The position numbers and the translations under genes are program-made. From Armatimonadota bacterium (GTDB lineage Bacteria; Armatimonadota; UBA5829; DTLH01), in NCBI GenBank assembly GCA_039679675.1, contig JBDKUN010000005.1, positions 1-51,482 of the forward strand: a stretch of DNA of 51,482 bases, read 5' to 3'. Below are positions 17,861-29,744 of this stretch, in pieces. Numbering within the stretch: the first letter of the stretch is position 1; each line of letters opens with the position of its first letter. The notes beneath the pieces were generated by a model. It did no database searches. It saw only the letters and a program-made list of their open reading frames with translations, and had not been told where the DNA came from.

Positions 17861-18609
17861 TTATTCACCTGATGTGCGAAGTAACCCGCGCCGAATCCAT
17901 TGTCGATATTGGTCACGACAACCCCGGCTGCGCAGGAATTGAGCATTGCGAGAAGCGCTGAGAGGCCGCCGAAGCTCGCACCGTAGCCGACACTTGTCGG
18001 GACGGCTATAACCGGCTTTGAGACCAGCCCGCCGACAACGCTTGCAAGCGCGCCTTCCATACCGGCTACTACGATCAGCACATTCGCCTTCATAAGCCGC
18101 TCTTTTTGATCCAGCAGCCTGTGAATTCCAGCCACACCGATGTCATACGCCCGTTCTACCCGGCTTCCCATCGTCTCCGCTGTGATAGCGGCCTCTTCAG
18201 CAACTGGGACATCCGCTGTACCCGCGCAGACTACCATTATGTACTTATCGTCAGCAGGATTTGCTGTTTCAACCTCTTTATTCACGACTACCACTCTGGC
18301 AAGCTCGTGATACGTCGAGTTAGCGACTTCGGAGACTATCCGCACAGCGGTCTCCTTCGATACTCTGGTAGCGAGCACCTTTGAGTTCCGGGCTGAAAGC
18401 CGCTTTATTATCTCTACGGACTGCTCACAGGTCTTCCCCTGGCAGAAAACGACCTCTGGAAATCCTGTCCGAATCTCTCTATGCATATCGAGCTTGGCAA
18501 AGCCTATGTCTTCGTAAGGCAGCGTGCGCAGCTGCGCCATAGCATCTTCTATAGGAACTCCACCGCTTTTCACATCTTCAAGCAGTTTCTGTAGTCGCTC
18601 AGCGTCCAT
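17857..18609 (-). CDS. larB: Nickel pincer cofactor biosynthesis protein LarB
   Basis: GFPEVVFCQGKT, AGTADVPVAEEA, DIGVAGIHRL, AGMEGALASVVGG, PTSVGYG, NIDNGFGA. Confidence 0.95.
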   Translation of the reverse strand: MDAERLQKLLEDVKSGGVPIEDAMAQLRTLPYEDIGFAKLDMHREIRTGFPEVVFCQGKTCEQSVEIIKRLSARNSKVLATRVSKETAVRIVSEVANSTYHELARVVVVNKEVETANPADDKYIMVVCAGTADVPVAEEAAITAETMGSRVERAYDIGVAGIHRLLDQKERLMKANVLIVVAGMEGALASVVGGLVSKPVIAVPTSVGYGASFGGLSALLAMLNSCAAGVVVTNIDNGFGAGYFAHQVNK

Positions 18610-19435
18610 TATTTTCTACCTCTGATGGCTTCAGCACAGCATTCATGCTCCCTGTGCGATAGCCATTCATGTCCAGCGTTGTATATGTATATCCTAATAT
18701 CTTAAACTTATCAGTGACATTCTGCCTCAGTTCAGGTGAAGCAAGTCTAGGAATATCATTCGGCTCTACTTCTATCCTAGCAATTGTGCCGTGGTGCCTG
18801 ACTCTGACCTGGCGGAAGCCTAGATCCCTAAGGAAGCTTTCTGCTTCATCCAGCTTCTTCAATACTTCAGGCTCTATTCTGGTCCCGTAGGGTATTCGGG
18901 ACGCTAGGCATGCAAAAGCAGGCTTGTTCCAGGTCGGAAGCCCCATCATTTGCGATGATTTCCTAATCTCATCCTTACTAAACCCTGTTTCTCTGAGAGG
19001 GCTTCTTACTCCGAGTTCAGCGGCTGCGCGGCTGCCGGGGCGATAGTCGCTCAAATCATCGACATTTGAACCGTCTGCTACCCAGTGTATATTCCGCTCT
19101 TTTGCAATCTCAAATAGTTTTCCGAAGAGCACAGACTTGCAGAAATAGCACCTATCCGGGGTATTTTGGACATAATTCCCGTTCTTGAGCTCATCTGTGT
19201 GTATATGAACCAGGTTCAGGCACAAATCTGCAGCTACTTTCTTCGCATCAATGACTTCCGATGACGGATATGTCTCTGAAGATGCCAAAACGCACACTGC
19301 CTTGTCCTTCAAAACATCTCTAGCAACCGCCGCCAAGAATGTGCTGTCCACTCCGCCGGAATATCCAAGCACAAGCCCACCCATCTCTCTCAGAATAGAC
19401 CGCAGTTGCTCTAATTTATCGTTAGTTTTGCTCAT
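18599..19435 (-). CDS. larE: ATP-dependent sulfur transferase LarE
   Basis: SGGVDS PP-loop, RCYFCK, DYRPG, ACLASRIPYG, QVRVRHH, GYRTGSMN. Confidence 0.95.
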   Translation of the reverse strand: MSKTNDKLEQLRSILREMGGLVLGYSGGVDSTFLAAVARDVLKDKAVCVLASSETYPSSEVIDAKKVAADLCLNLVHIHTDELKNGNYVQNTPDRCYFCKSVLFGKLFEIAKERNIHWVADGSNVDDLSDYRPGSRAAAELGVRSPLRETGFSKDEIRKSSQMMGLPTWNKPAFACLASRIPYGTRIEPEVLKKLDEAESFLRDLGFRQVRVRHHGTIARIEVEPNDIPRLASPELRQNVTDKFKILGYTYTTLDMNGYRTGSMNAVLKPSEVENNGR

Positions 19436-19447
19436 AAAGCCTCAAAT

Positions 19448-19573
19448 AAAAAAGCCATCAAGCTCGTCGCCCGGTATGGACGGCGCCTTCATGGCCGCAG
19501 ATTTGATTTATTTGTATTTAGGATTCGACTCCGGCTTCAGCCGGAACCATCTGAGCCTTCACGACTCAGTCGA
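19448..19573 (-). promoter_or_regulatory. Structured 5' leader/attenuator of larEBC (dual GYC-RUGAA-GGC hairpins plus terminator)
   Basis: Motif copies at 19555-19565 and 19485-19495; the second is the 5' arm of a long hairpin 19454-19495 followed by U6. Confidence 0.6.
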
Positions 19574-19574
19574 T

Positions 19575-19604
19575 AGTATATACTGTAATGATAGCTTGCG
19601 TCAA
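19575..19604 (-). promoter_or_regulatory. Sigma70 promoter for larEBC
   Basis: TTGACG-N18-TATACT directly upstream of the structured leader. Confidence 0.55.
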
Positions 19605-19822
19605 ACGATAGAATCCATTATTTACTGACATATGTAACGACAGTTAATTGGTATTAACCACCATTTATTGCAATATCAAATGCAGTTTTACCATGCAAGC
19701 ATAAAGATAATATGATACACTGCAATAGTTTGAACTACCCTTCTTTCACTGTAACACATTTCAACAATAAGCTGTGACACATTGTCCAGGAAGTCTATAT
19801 CTACACACATGGGAGAAGCATA

Positions 19823-22486
19823 TTGATGAACAGGCATAGAGTTCTGATCTGGTCACTGGTTTTACTCGCGATTCTTTGCTCCAGTTGCTTTGGACAGACA
19901 GTAATCAGGGTCAGTACGGGTGGAAATGACTCTAATGACGGTTCGAGCTGGGAACTGGCTAAAAAGACAGTAAAGGCTGGTATAGATGCAGCCTCTACCA
20001 GCGGCGGAGAGATATGGGTAGCAGCCGGAACCTATTATGAACATATTAGCCTGAAAGCCAACTGCTACCTCTACGGAGGGTTCGCGGGGACTGAGAGCCA
20101 GAGGACTGAGAGAAACTTCAACATTAACAAGAGCATACTCGATGGTGCCAATAGCTGCGGTATTATATATGCAACTGGTATTTCAACTGCTGCTTGTATT
20201 GATGGGTTTACTATCAGAAATAGTGAGTGCGGCATCTGCTGTGTGTCATCATCAAGCCCTAAAATAGCTAATAATATCATCAATGGGAATGGCTACGGTG
20301 TTTATTGTGATTCATCGAACCCCACAATAACTAATAACACCATCGACGGGAGCAGCGGAAGCAGCGTGATTAACGGGAATGCCCGTGGTATCAATTGTGT
20401 ATCATCAAATCCCACAATAACCAACAATAAGATCATTGGGAATAACCATGGCATCTCCTGTACGTCATCAAATCCCGCAATAACCAGCAACACCATCAGT
20501 GGGAATGGCTGTGGTGTTTTCTGTGCGTCATCATCGAACCCCACAATAACCAGCAACACCATCAATGAGAATAGCTATAGCATCTTGTGCTCATCATCAA
20601 GCCCCACGATAACTAATAATGCCATAGGTACAAATGAATATGGCATCTTTTGCTTTTCATCGAATTCTACAATAACCAACAATACCATCAGTGGAAACGG
20701 CAATTACGGCATTTGGTACTCCGGAAATCTCACAATAGCTAACAACATTGTTGTATTCAATGGCACAGGGATCTATAGTACTGGCGAAAACACAACCCTA
20801 AAGAATAACTGTGTTTATGGCAACACTGCCAACTACTATGGTGTTGCTGCAAGTTCTACAGACATATCAAAAGACCCTTTGCTTGAGATCTGGAGGTATG
20901 GCAAGCTTCACATCCAGCCAGGATCACCATGTATAGATGCAGGCGACAGTTCCGTGGTTGATTCTTCATGGGTAGATATGGATGGACAGCCAAGGATACA
21001 AGGCGCATCTGTAGATATAGGCGCGGATGAGTCGGATGGGACGCAGTGGCAGGTTAATTCTCCCATAGTGGTACGTGTCAGCACCAATGGAAATGACTTG
21101 AGTGACGGTTCAAGTTGGGCACTTGCGAAAAAGACTGCACAGGCAGGTATTGACGCAGCCTATGCTAATGGCGGCGGTGAGGTATGGATTGCCGCCGGAG
21201 TTTATTATGAACACATCACTTTGAAGGCAGACATCGGTATCTATGGAGGGTTTGCTGGGACAGAAAGTCAAAGAACTGAAAGGGCCTTCAGTGCCAATAA
21301 GTGTATATTCGACAGCTCAGGCATTGGGCAAGCTATATTGGTGAGAGGTTTTTCAACAACTGCCTGTATTGACGGGTTTACCACTAGAGGTAGCATTTCC
21401 TGCTTGTCATCAACAAGCCCCACAATATCCAATAACATCATAAGTGCAAATCTCGATGGCATCTTTTGCGACGCATATTCGACTCCCATAATAACCAACA
21501 ATACCGTCACTGGAAGTAACAGTGGCATTTATTGCTACTTATCAAGTCCTGCAATAACCAACAACATAGTTGCATTTAATACCACAGGGATATATAGATA
21601 TAGTGGAAGCCCAACGCTAAAGAAGAACTGTGTCTATGGTAACACTACCGACTACTCTGGGCTTTCTGCCGGACCTGCCGATATATCAGCAAATCCTCTG
21701 TTTAGAGATAGAGACAATGGAGACTACCATCTCAACTCCGCGTCTCCCTGCATAAACGCAGGAGATGACACAGCAGTACAGAGCGGCTGGGTTGATATGG
21801 ACGGTGAGGCACGTATTACAGGAAGTCATGTAGATATTGGTGCTGATGAATACTCAGTATTTGATGTCACAGGTGCAAATGCCAAAACAACTAAAGATAC
21901 GGCATATGTATTGGCAACCAATATGGTAGCATCTTCGGTCTACAGCGGCTTCTACTATGTCCAGGACATAAACAGGACATACGGCATAAGAGTGAACCAG
22001 CTAAAGGGAACTCTGCCGCAGGTAAATCAGATAATCTCGGTTAATGGTGTCCTTGGGACTACCACAGACGGAGAAAGATGCCTCTCAAGCTATGAGACTC
22101 CTTCAGTTACAGGTCAGGAGACTGCAAAGCCGCTGATGATTACCTGCAAATACATCGGTGGCGGAGACTACAGCTATGATTCAGCAGCCAAGACAGGCCA
22201 GAAGGGTGTAAAAGGCAGCTTCGGCCTGAACAACATAGGGTTATTAGTGACAGTATGTGGGACAGTAGCGGATATTGATACTACTAATAAGAAACTGTAC
22301 ATAAATGATGGCTCAGGAAGTGTTGCGGTATATTACGGCACTATCACCCTGCCATCTGATGTAGTAAAAGGAGCACTGGTCAAGGCTACAGGAGCCTGCA
22401 GTTGCTATAGATTAGATAATGAAAACCTCAGTCCTTTGATCCTCCTGAAGGACAGCAGCAGTATAGCGGCACTGAGTACTCCTTAA
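19823..22486 (+). CDS. Secreted right-handed parallel beta-helix repeat protein (two modules) with C-terminal domain
   Basis: Signal peptide; repeats such as GIxCxSSxPTITNNxIxGN; duplicated VSTxGNDxxDGSSWxLAKKT...DIGADE module. Confidence 0.85.
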   Translation: MMNRHRVLIWSLVLLAILCSSCFGQTVIRVSTGGNDSNDGSSWELAKKTVKAGIDAASTSGGEIWVAAGTYYEHISLKANCYLYGGFAGTESQRTERNFNINKSILDGANSCGIIYATGISTAACIDGFTIRNSECGICCVSSSSPKIANNIINGNGYGVYCDSSNPTITNNTIDGSSGSSVINGNARGINCVSSNPTITNNKIIGNNHGISCTSSNPAITSNTISGNGCGVFCASSSNPTITSNTINENSYSILCSSSSPTITNNAIGTNEYGIFCFSSNSTITNNTISGNGNYGIWYSGNLTIANNIVVFNGTGIYSTGENTTLKNNCVYGNTANYYGVAASSTDISKDPLLEIWRYGKLHIQPGSPCIDAGDSSVVDSSWVDMDGQPRIQGASVDIGADESDGTQWQVNSPIVVRVSTNGNDLSDGSSWALAKKTAQAGIDAAYANGGGEVWIAAGVYYEHITLKADIGIYGGFAGTESQRTERAFSANKCIFDSSGIGQAILVRGFSTTACIDGFTTRGSISCLSSTSPTISNNIISANLDGIFCDAYSTPIITNNTVTGSNSGIYCYLSSPAITNNIVAFNTTGIYRYSGSPTLKKNCVYGNTTDYSGLSAGPADISANPLFRDRDNGDYHLNSASPCINAGDDTAVQSGWVDMDGEARITGSHVDIGADEYSVFDVTGANAKTTKDTAYVLATNMVASSVYSGFYYVQDINRTYGIRVNQLKGTLPQVNQIISVNGVLGTTTDGERCLSSYETPSVTGQETAKPLMITCKYIGGGDYSYDSAAKTGQKGVKGSFGLNNIGLLVTVCGTVADIDTTNKKLYINDGSGSVAVYYGTITLPSDVVKGALVKATGACSCYRLDNENLSPLILLKDSSSIAALSTP

Positions 22487-22516
22487 CCACTATTCTGATA
22501 TAAATTAACATACAAG

Positions 22517-22552
22517 AAAAAGGAGCGGAGAATACATCCCCGCTCCTTTTTA
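22517..22552. terminator. Bidirectional terminator between the beta-helix gene and groEL
   Basis: AAAAAGGAGCGG/CCGCTCCTTTTT. Confidence 0.8.
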
Positions 22553-22576
22553 TACCTTTTGTCAGCTGATTGCTTT

Positions 22577-24528
<1,952 letters not shown>

Positions 24529-24565
24529 TATTAAGCACCTCCTGCGTAGTTATGATTGTAATATT

Positions 24566-24592
24566 TTGGCACTCTATGGAACCGAGTGCTAA
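24566..24592 (-). promoter_or_regulatory. CIRCE element (HrcA operator)
   Basis: Minus strand TTAGCACTC-N9-GAGTGCCAA, one mismatch from consensus, upstream of groES. Confidence 0.92.
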
Positions 24593-24740
24593 TACCGTCT
24601 AAAAGTATACGAAATCTTATGCATTAATTGCAAGTGTAATTCAAGAAATTCTATAAATGCGTGTGTCTTCCTGCCAAAATACGGTAAATATTGCTGCATG
24701 AACCCGCATCGTAATGCGAGAGACAGGAGAGAACTACACT

Positions 24741-25142
24741 ATGACCGGTTTTGTTGGATCTATCGAAAAGCAAACTCTGGAGAACGGCTACTTCCGAAAA
24801 GTACTCTTTACAGGCAAGCATTCGCAGCTCGTGTTGATGTGCCTGCGGGGAGGTGAAGAGATCGGAAATGAAATCCACCCGAACGTCGACCAGTTCTTCC
24901 GGTTGGAACATGGAGAAGCAAGGTTCGTTCTGAACAACGGCAGTGAGGAACACATTGCACATGATGGTGATGCAGTCGTGGTCCCTGCGGGAACGTATCA
25001 CAATGTAATCAACACGTCACCGACAGAAGACCTGAAGCTCTATACCATATACTCCCCGCCGAACCACCCGGATGGGACTGTACACAAGACGAAAGCCGAG
25101 GCAGAAGCTGCAGAAGCAGCAAAGCACCGGGAATATGTTTAG
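24741..25142 (+). CDS. Cupin domain protein
   Basis: FRKVLFTG.HSQLVLM.L..GEEIG.E.H...DQFF, PAG.YHNVIN, KLYTIYSPPNH. Confidence 0.9.
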   Translation: MTGFVGSIEKQTLENGYFRKVLFTGKHSQLVLMCLRGGEEIGNEIHPNVDQFFRLEHGEARFVLNNGSEEHIAHDGDAVVVPAGTYHNVINTSPTEDLKLYTIYSPPNHPDGTVHKTKAEAEAAEAAKHREYV

Positions 25143-25158
25143 AGTCATTGCGAATCAG

Positions 25159-25189
25159 GCCCTGTCCAAAATAACGGCAGGGCTTTTTT
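25159..25189 (+). terminator. Intrinsic terminator after the cupin gene
   Basis: GCCCTG/CAGGGC stem plus TTTTTT. Confidence 0.7.
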
Positions 25190-25217
25190 GTTATATCAGT
25201 TATCCGCAGGCATCCGA

Positions 25218-25243
25218 GTTTTAACTAATACAGATACGGGAAT
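25218..25243 (+). promoter_or_regulatory. Candidate SigB/SigF-type promoter GTTT-N16-GGGAAT for the sulfatase cluster
   Basis: Same spacing as the other copies; about 105 nt upstream of the anSME start. Confidence 0.45.
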
Positions 25244-25347
25244 ACGACACCCTGGGTCTTGTTATTTTCAAGGCCTTTTCAAGCATAATATACCGGGATT
25301 GGCAGGCTCTCCAATATCTTGTTCTCTAGAGAAGGTGGAGTACGTTT

Positions 25348-26646
25348 ATGGAGGCGAACCGCAAACTGTCAGCCTTCCATGTAATGGCGAAACCGACCGG
25401 TGCAATCTGCAATCTGCACTGCGATTACTGTTTTTTTCTCAAAAAGATGAGCCTGTATCCCGGAAGCCGGTTCTGTATGACGGATGAGGTAATGGAGAGC
25501 TACCTCCGCCAGACAATCGAGGCTCATCAAACCCCACAGGTTACAATCGCCTGGCAGGGCGGAGAACCGACCCTTATGGGCCTGGATTTCTTCAGAAGGT
25601 CTGTCGAGATCGAGAAGAAATACCTGAGACCTGGAATGCAGGTTGAAAACACTCTCCAGACAAACGGCGTGCTTCTTGACGATGACTGGTGCAGGCTACT
25701 CTATGATAACAACTTCCTCGTGGGGCTAAGTCTGGATGGGCCGAAAGCGCTTCACGACACCTACCGCAAAGATAAAGCCGGAAAGTCTGTTTTCGATCTC
25801 GTAGTCAATGCCGTACAGCTCATGCAGGAGCACAAAGTCGAATTCAATATCCTTTGCACCGTGAACGCAGCCAACAGTATACATCCGCTTGAGGTCTACA
25901 GGTTCTTCCGTGACGAATTAGACGCCCATTATATTCAGTTTATCCCTATTGTGGAACGTGACAACGATACGGGCTATCAGGAAGGCGAGAAAATCACTGA
26001 AAGGTCTGTCGAACCGGAGCAATACGGGCGGTTCCTGATCGAAATATTCGATGAGTGGGTCAGAAAAGATGTCGGGAGCACATTTGTCCAGTTTTTTGAT
26101 GGTGTTCTGGCATCATGGCTTCGCGGTTATTCCACCCTTTGTGTCCTTCGGCCAACCTGCGGAGAAGGAGTCGCACTGGAACACAACGGGGACCTCTATT
26201 CCTGCGACCATTTCGTGGAACCTGATGGCTATATCGGGAATATCTTGGAGACTCCGCTTGCGGAACTAATAAACTCGCAAAAACAGAGGGATTTCGGCAA
26301 GTCTAAGCAGTCCTTATTGCCCAATTACTGCCGCGAGTGCAGGTATCTCTTCACCTGCAACGGCGAGTGTCCCAAGAACCGCATTTTAGAGACGCCAGAC
26401 GGAGAACCCGGCCTCAATTATCTGTGTAAAGGGCTAAAAGCTTTCTTCGAGCATACGGAAAAGCCTATGCGCATAATGGCTGAGCTATTACGACGGGGGC
26501 AATATGCAGATGGAGTCATGCAAATAATGGCTGCAGAGGACGTAAAACAGGAGGCTGAGTTCGCAAAAGCAGGAAGAAACGACCCTTGCCCATGCGGAAG
26601 CGGGATTAAATTCAAAAAATGTCACGGTTCCAGTGTAAAGGAGTAG
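25348..26646 (+). CDS. Anaerobic sulfatase maturase (radical SAM/SPASM) with C-terminal SEC-C motif
   Basis: [32 protein letters not shown], CxxC...CxGx[20 protein letters not shown]. Confidence 0.93.
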   Translation: MEANRKLSAFHVMAKPTGAICNLHCDYCFFLKKMSLYPGSRFCMTDEVMESYLRQTIEAHQTPQVTIAWQGGEPTLMGLDFFRRSVEIEKKYLRPGMQVENTLQTNGVLLDDDWCRLLYDNNFLVGLSLDGPKALHDTYRKDKAGKSVFDLVVNAVQLMQEHKVEFNILCTVNAANSIHPLEVYRFFRDELDAHYIQFIPIVERDNDTGYQEGEKITERSVEPEQYGRFLIEIFDEWVRKDVGSTFVQFFDGVLASWLRGYSTLCVLRPTCGEGVALEHNGDLYSCDHFVEPDGYIGNILETPLAELINSQKQRDFGKSKQSLLPNYCRECRYLFTCNGECPKNRILETPDGEPGLNYLCKGLKAFFEHTEKPMRIMAELLRRGQYADGVMQIMAAEDVKQEAEFAKAGRNDPCPCGSGIKFKKCHGSSVKE

Positions 26647-26652
26647 AGGTTA

Positions 26653-27657
26653 ATGCGAAATTTACGAAGCCATATATTAACCAGCCTTCTGACAGTTATC
26701 GTTATTGCGCAGCTCATTGCAGTGAGCCGCGCCGCAGAGCCTTTGCCATCCTGGGTTGATAATCCAACAAAAGAGAGCATTATACAGTTCGTAAAAGCCG
26801 CGACGTACAAGGGCAGTCAGAATTACATACCGCCTGAAGAACGTATAGCGGTGTTTGATAACGATGGGACTCTCTGGACCGAGCAACCCATGCCCTTCCA
26901 GTTTGCATTCGCTATTGATAGGGTAAAAGCGCTTGCTCCGCAGCACCCTGAGTGGAAAAACGAGCAGCCTTTCAAGGCAATTCTGGAAAACGACAGATCA
27001 TATGCGGCTAAAGCCACACAACAAGATATCGGCAAGGTCATGATGGCTACGCACGCCGGTATGACGACCGATGAGTTCCAGAACACAGTTTTAAGCTGGA
27101 TCAGAACTGCAAATAACCCACGCTTCCAGCGACCATACACCGATCTTGTCTACCAGCCCATGCTTGAACTTTTGACCTACCTCCGGGCTAACGGATTTAG
27201 GACATTCATCGTCTCAGGTGGGACATCCGACTTCATGCGGCCCTGGGTCGAGAATGTTTACGGGATTCCACCTGAACAGGTGGTCGGTTCGAGCCTTGTA
27301 ACTGAATATACGGCAGAGAACGGAAAGCCGGTCCTGAAGATACTCCCCAAGATAGATTTCATAGATAACGGAGCTGGAAAACCCGTCGGGATACACAAGT
27401 TCATAGGCCGCCGTCCGGTAATGGCGGCCGGTAATTCTGACGGCGATCTTCAGATGCTCCAGTATACCGCTGGTGGCAGCGGTATAAGAAAGATGCTTCT
27501 CATCCATCACACGGATGCAAATCGTGAATACGCCTATGACAAGGGTGCAGAAGAAGCGCTCAAGGCCGCAAAAGAAAACGGCTGGACAGTTGTTGACATG
27601 AAGAATGATTGGAATGTGATCTATCCATTTAAAACAAAAAAAGAAGGGGGCAAATAG
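26653..27657 (+). CDS. Secreted HAD-family hydrolase (acid phosphatase-like)
   Basis: Signal peptide; FDNDGTLW, IVSGG, GNSDGD. Confidence 0.85.
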   Translation: MRNLRSHILTSLLTVIVIAQLIAVSRAAEPLPSWVDNPTKESIIQFVKAATYKGSQNYIPPEERIAVFDNDGTLWTEQPMPFQFAFAIDRVKALAPQHPEWKNEQPFKAILENDRSYAAKATQQDIGKVMMATHAGMTTDEFQNTVLSWIRTANNPRFQRPYTDLVYQPMLELLTYLRANGFRTFIVSGGTSDFMRPWVENVYGIPPEQVVGSSLVTEYTAENGKPVLKILPKIDFIDNGAGKPVGIHKFIGRRPVMAAGNSDGDLQMLQYTAGGSGIRKMLLIHHTDANREYAYDKGAEEALKAAKENGWTVVDMKNDWNVIYPFKTKKEGGK

Positions 27658-27658
27658 A

Positions 27659-29176
27659 ATGGCAGACAAACAACCTAACATTCTCATCATCTGGGGCGAT
27701 GACATCGGATGGTTCAACGTCAGCGCCTACAACATGGGCATTATGGGCTACAAAACGCCCAACATCGACCGCATTTGCAAAGAAGGTGCGATATTCACCG
27801 ACTGGTATGGCCAGCAGAGCTGCACCGCCGGTCGCGCAGCGTTCATTACGGGCCAATCACCAATACGGACGGGGCTCACAAAAGTCGGACTACCGGGTTC
27901 GCCTATTGGCCTGCAGCCTGAAGACCCAACAATCGCCGATCTTCTTACTCCGCTTGGATATGTTTGCGGACAGTTCGGCAAGAACCACCTTGGTGACAGC
28001 GACAATTTTCTCCCGACAGTTCACGGCTTCGATGAGTTCTTCGGGAACCTGTATCACATGAACGCGGAGGAAGAGCCTGAGAACCCGGACTATCCAAAGG
28101 ATCCCAAGTTCAAAGAGAAATTCGGGCCGCGAGGTGTGCTGCACAGTTGGGCGATGCCGGACGGGACGCAGAGAGTCGAAGATACCGGCCCGCTTACAAA
28201 AAAACGCATGGAAACCATCGATTACGAGATCACGGATGCGGCTCTATCCTTCATGGACAGGGCAACCCAGGAAGGGAAACCCTTCTTCCTGTGGTGGAAC
28301 TCGACCAGAATGCACGTTTGGACGCACCTTCGGCCGGAAGCTGAAGGGAAGACCGGCCTGGGAGTATATCCTGACGGCATGGTGGAGCACGACGGCCATG
28401 TGGGCCAATTGCTCGACAAGCTGGATGAACTCGGCATTGCCGATAACACAATCGTTATGTACTCGACCGATAACGGCGCCGAGGTGATGAGCTGGCCTGA
28501 CGGTGGATCTACCCCGTTTAAAGGCGAGAAGGACACCAACTTCGAGGGCGGCTGGAGAGTCCCATGCGCTATCCGCTGGCCCGGAGTGATCAAGCCCGGA
28601 ACAGTATCGAACGAGATCTTCTCCCACACCGATATGCTGCCGACACTCCTTGCTGCTGCCGGAGAGCCGAACATCGTGGAGGACCTCAAGAACGGCGGCT
28701 ACAGGGCTGGAGACAAGACATTCAAAGTGCATATAGACGGCTATAACCTTCTCCCTCATTTGTCCGGGCAGGAAAAAGAAGACCCAAGAAAGGGCTTCAT
28801 GTACTGGAGTGATGACGGCGATCTGATGGCAGTGCGGGCAGAAAACTGGAAAATTACTTTCCTCGAGCAGCGGGCCAAAGGAATGGGTGTCTGGTCGGAA
28901 CCGATGGTGAAGCTCAGGGCTCCGTATCTCTTCAACCTGCGAAGCGATCCTTTTGAGCGAGGAGAGGAAAACGGGTCTATCTTCTACGGCAAATGGATGG
29001 CTGACCGTATGTTTGTTATAGTCCCAGCGCAGGCGCTGGTGCAGCAGTTCATGGAGACTCTCAGAGAATTCCCGCCGAGACAAAGGCCCGCGAGCTTTAC
29101 TGTCGGGGATGTCATGGAAAACCTCGAGAAACATTCAAAGACTATGGAAGCGGCTATGGTAGGAGCATCAGCATAG
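27659..29176 (+). CDS. Arylsulfatase (Cys-type)
   Basis: PNILIIWGDDIG, SCTAGRAAFITG (CxAxR), GKNHLG, TDNG. Confidence 0.93.
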   Translation: MADKQPNILIIWGDDIGWFNVSAYNMGIMGYKTPNIDRICKEGAIFTDWYGQQSCTAGRAAFITGQSPIRTGLTKVGLPGSPIGLQPEDPTIADLLTPLGYVCGQFGKNHLGDSDNFLPTVHGFDEFFGNLYHMNAEEEPENPDYPKDPKFKEKFGPRGVLHSWAMPDGTQRVEDTGPLTKKRMETIDYEITDAALSFMDRATQEGKPFFLWWNSTRMHVWTHLRPEAEGKTGLGVYPDGMVEHDGHVGQLLDKLDELGIADNTIVMYSTDNGAEVMSWPDGGSTPFKGEKDTNFEGGWRVPCAIRWPGVIKPGTVSNEIFSHTDMLPTLLAAAGEPNIVEDLKNGGYRAGDKTFKVHIDGYNLLPHLSGQEKEDPRKGFMYWSDDGDLMAVRAENWKITFLEQRAKGMGVWSEPMVKLRAPYLFNLRSDPFERGEENGSIFYGKWMADRMFVIVPAQALVQQFMETLREFPPRQRPASFTVGDVMENLEKHSKTMEAAMVGASA

Positions 29177-29231
29177 AGATAGAGTAAATAACATTATTGT
29201 CGATTTAACAACATCTGGAGGAAGTCGGACA

Positions 29232-29705
29232 ATGCATAGGAAAACAGTATTAACAATCATCGGAGCATCCGTTTTGGTGGCACTGGCTATTGTCCTGGCC
29301 TGGGCGCAGACAGTAAATGAGATTGAGCTTACCAAAACAAACATACAGGCTGAGAGGCAGCAGATTGTCTCTGATTACATGAACCTGAATGACCAGGAAG
29401 CGAGTAAATTCTGGCCGGTATACAAGAACTACCGCAATGACATGTCCAAGCTGAACGATAGGTTGATAAAGGCTGGACAGAGCTTTGCAAATAGTTACGA
29501 CAGCTTGACCGACGATCAAGCACGGACGCTGCTAAGTGAGTTTCAGGATATTCAATCCAAGCGGATTAAAACGCAGACCAAGTATGCGCCCAAGTTTGAA
29601 AGCGCCATAGGGGCTAAGAAAACCCTGCGGTTCTATCAGTTGGAGAACAAGATGGATGCAGTGGTAAGCTACGACCTCGCGGGAACTGTACCGCTGGCAA
29701 AATAG
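29232..29705 (+). CDS. Exported helical hypothetical protein
   Basis: Signal-like N-terminus; LNDQEASKFWPVYKNY motif; GGAGG RBS. Confidence 0.7.
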   Translation: MHRKTVLTIIGASVLVALAIVLAWAQTVNEIELTKTNIQAERQQIVSDYMNLNDQEASKFWPVYKNYRNDMSKLNDRLIKAGQSFANSYDSLTDDQARTLLSEFQDIQSKRIKTQTKYAPKFESAIGAKKTLRFYQLENKMDAVVSYDLAGTVPLAK

Positions 29706-29744
29706 CTACAGATGAGAAATCCGGATCTAGCTGGAGGATATGAA

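Noticed and set aside
19448..19573. Calling the lar leader a canonical NiCo riboswitch or ANTAR site
   Set aside because: No four-way junction evident, and loop size and hairpin spacing differ from ANTAR targets; kept as an unassigned candidate
20250..20700. CRISPR array or DGR-like repeats
   Set aside because: Repeats are in-frame degenerate beta-helix coils; no cas or reverse transcriptase gene in the window
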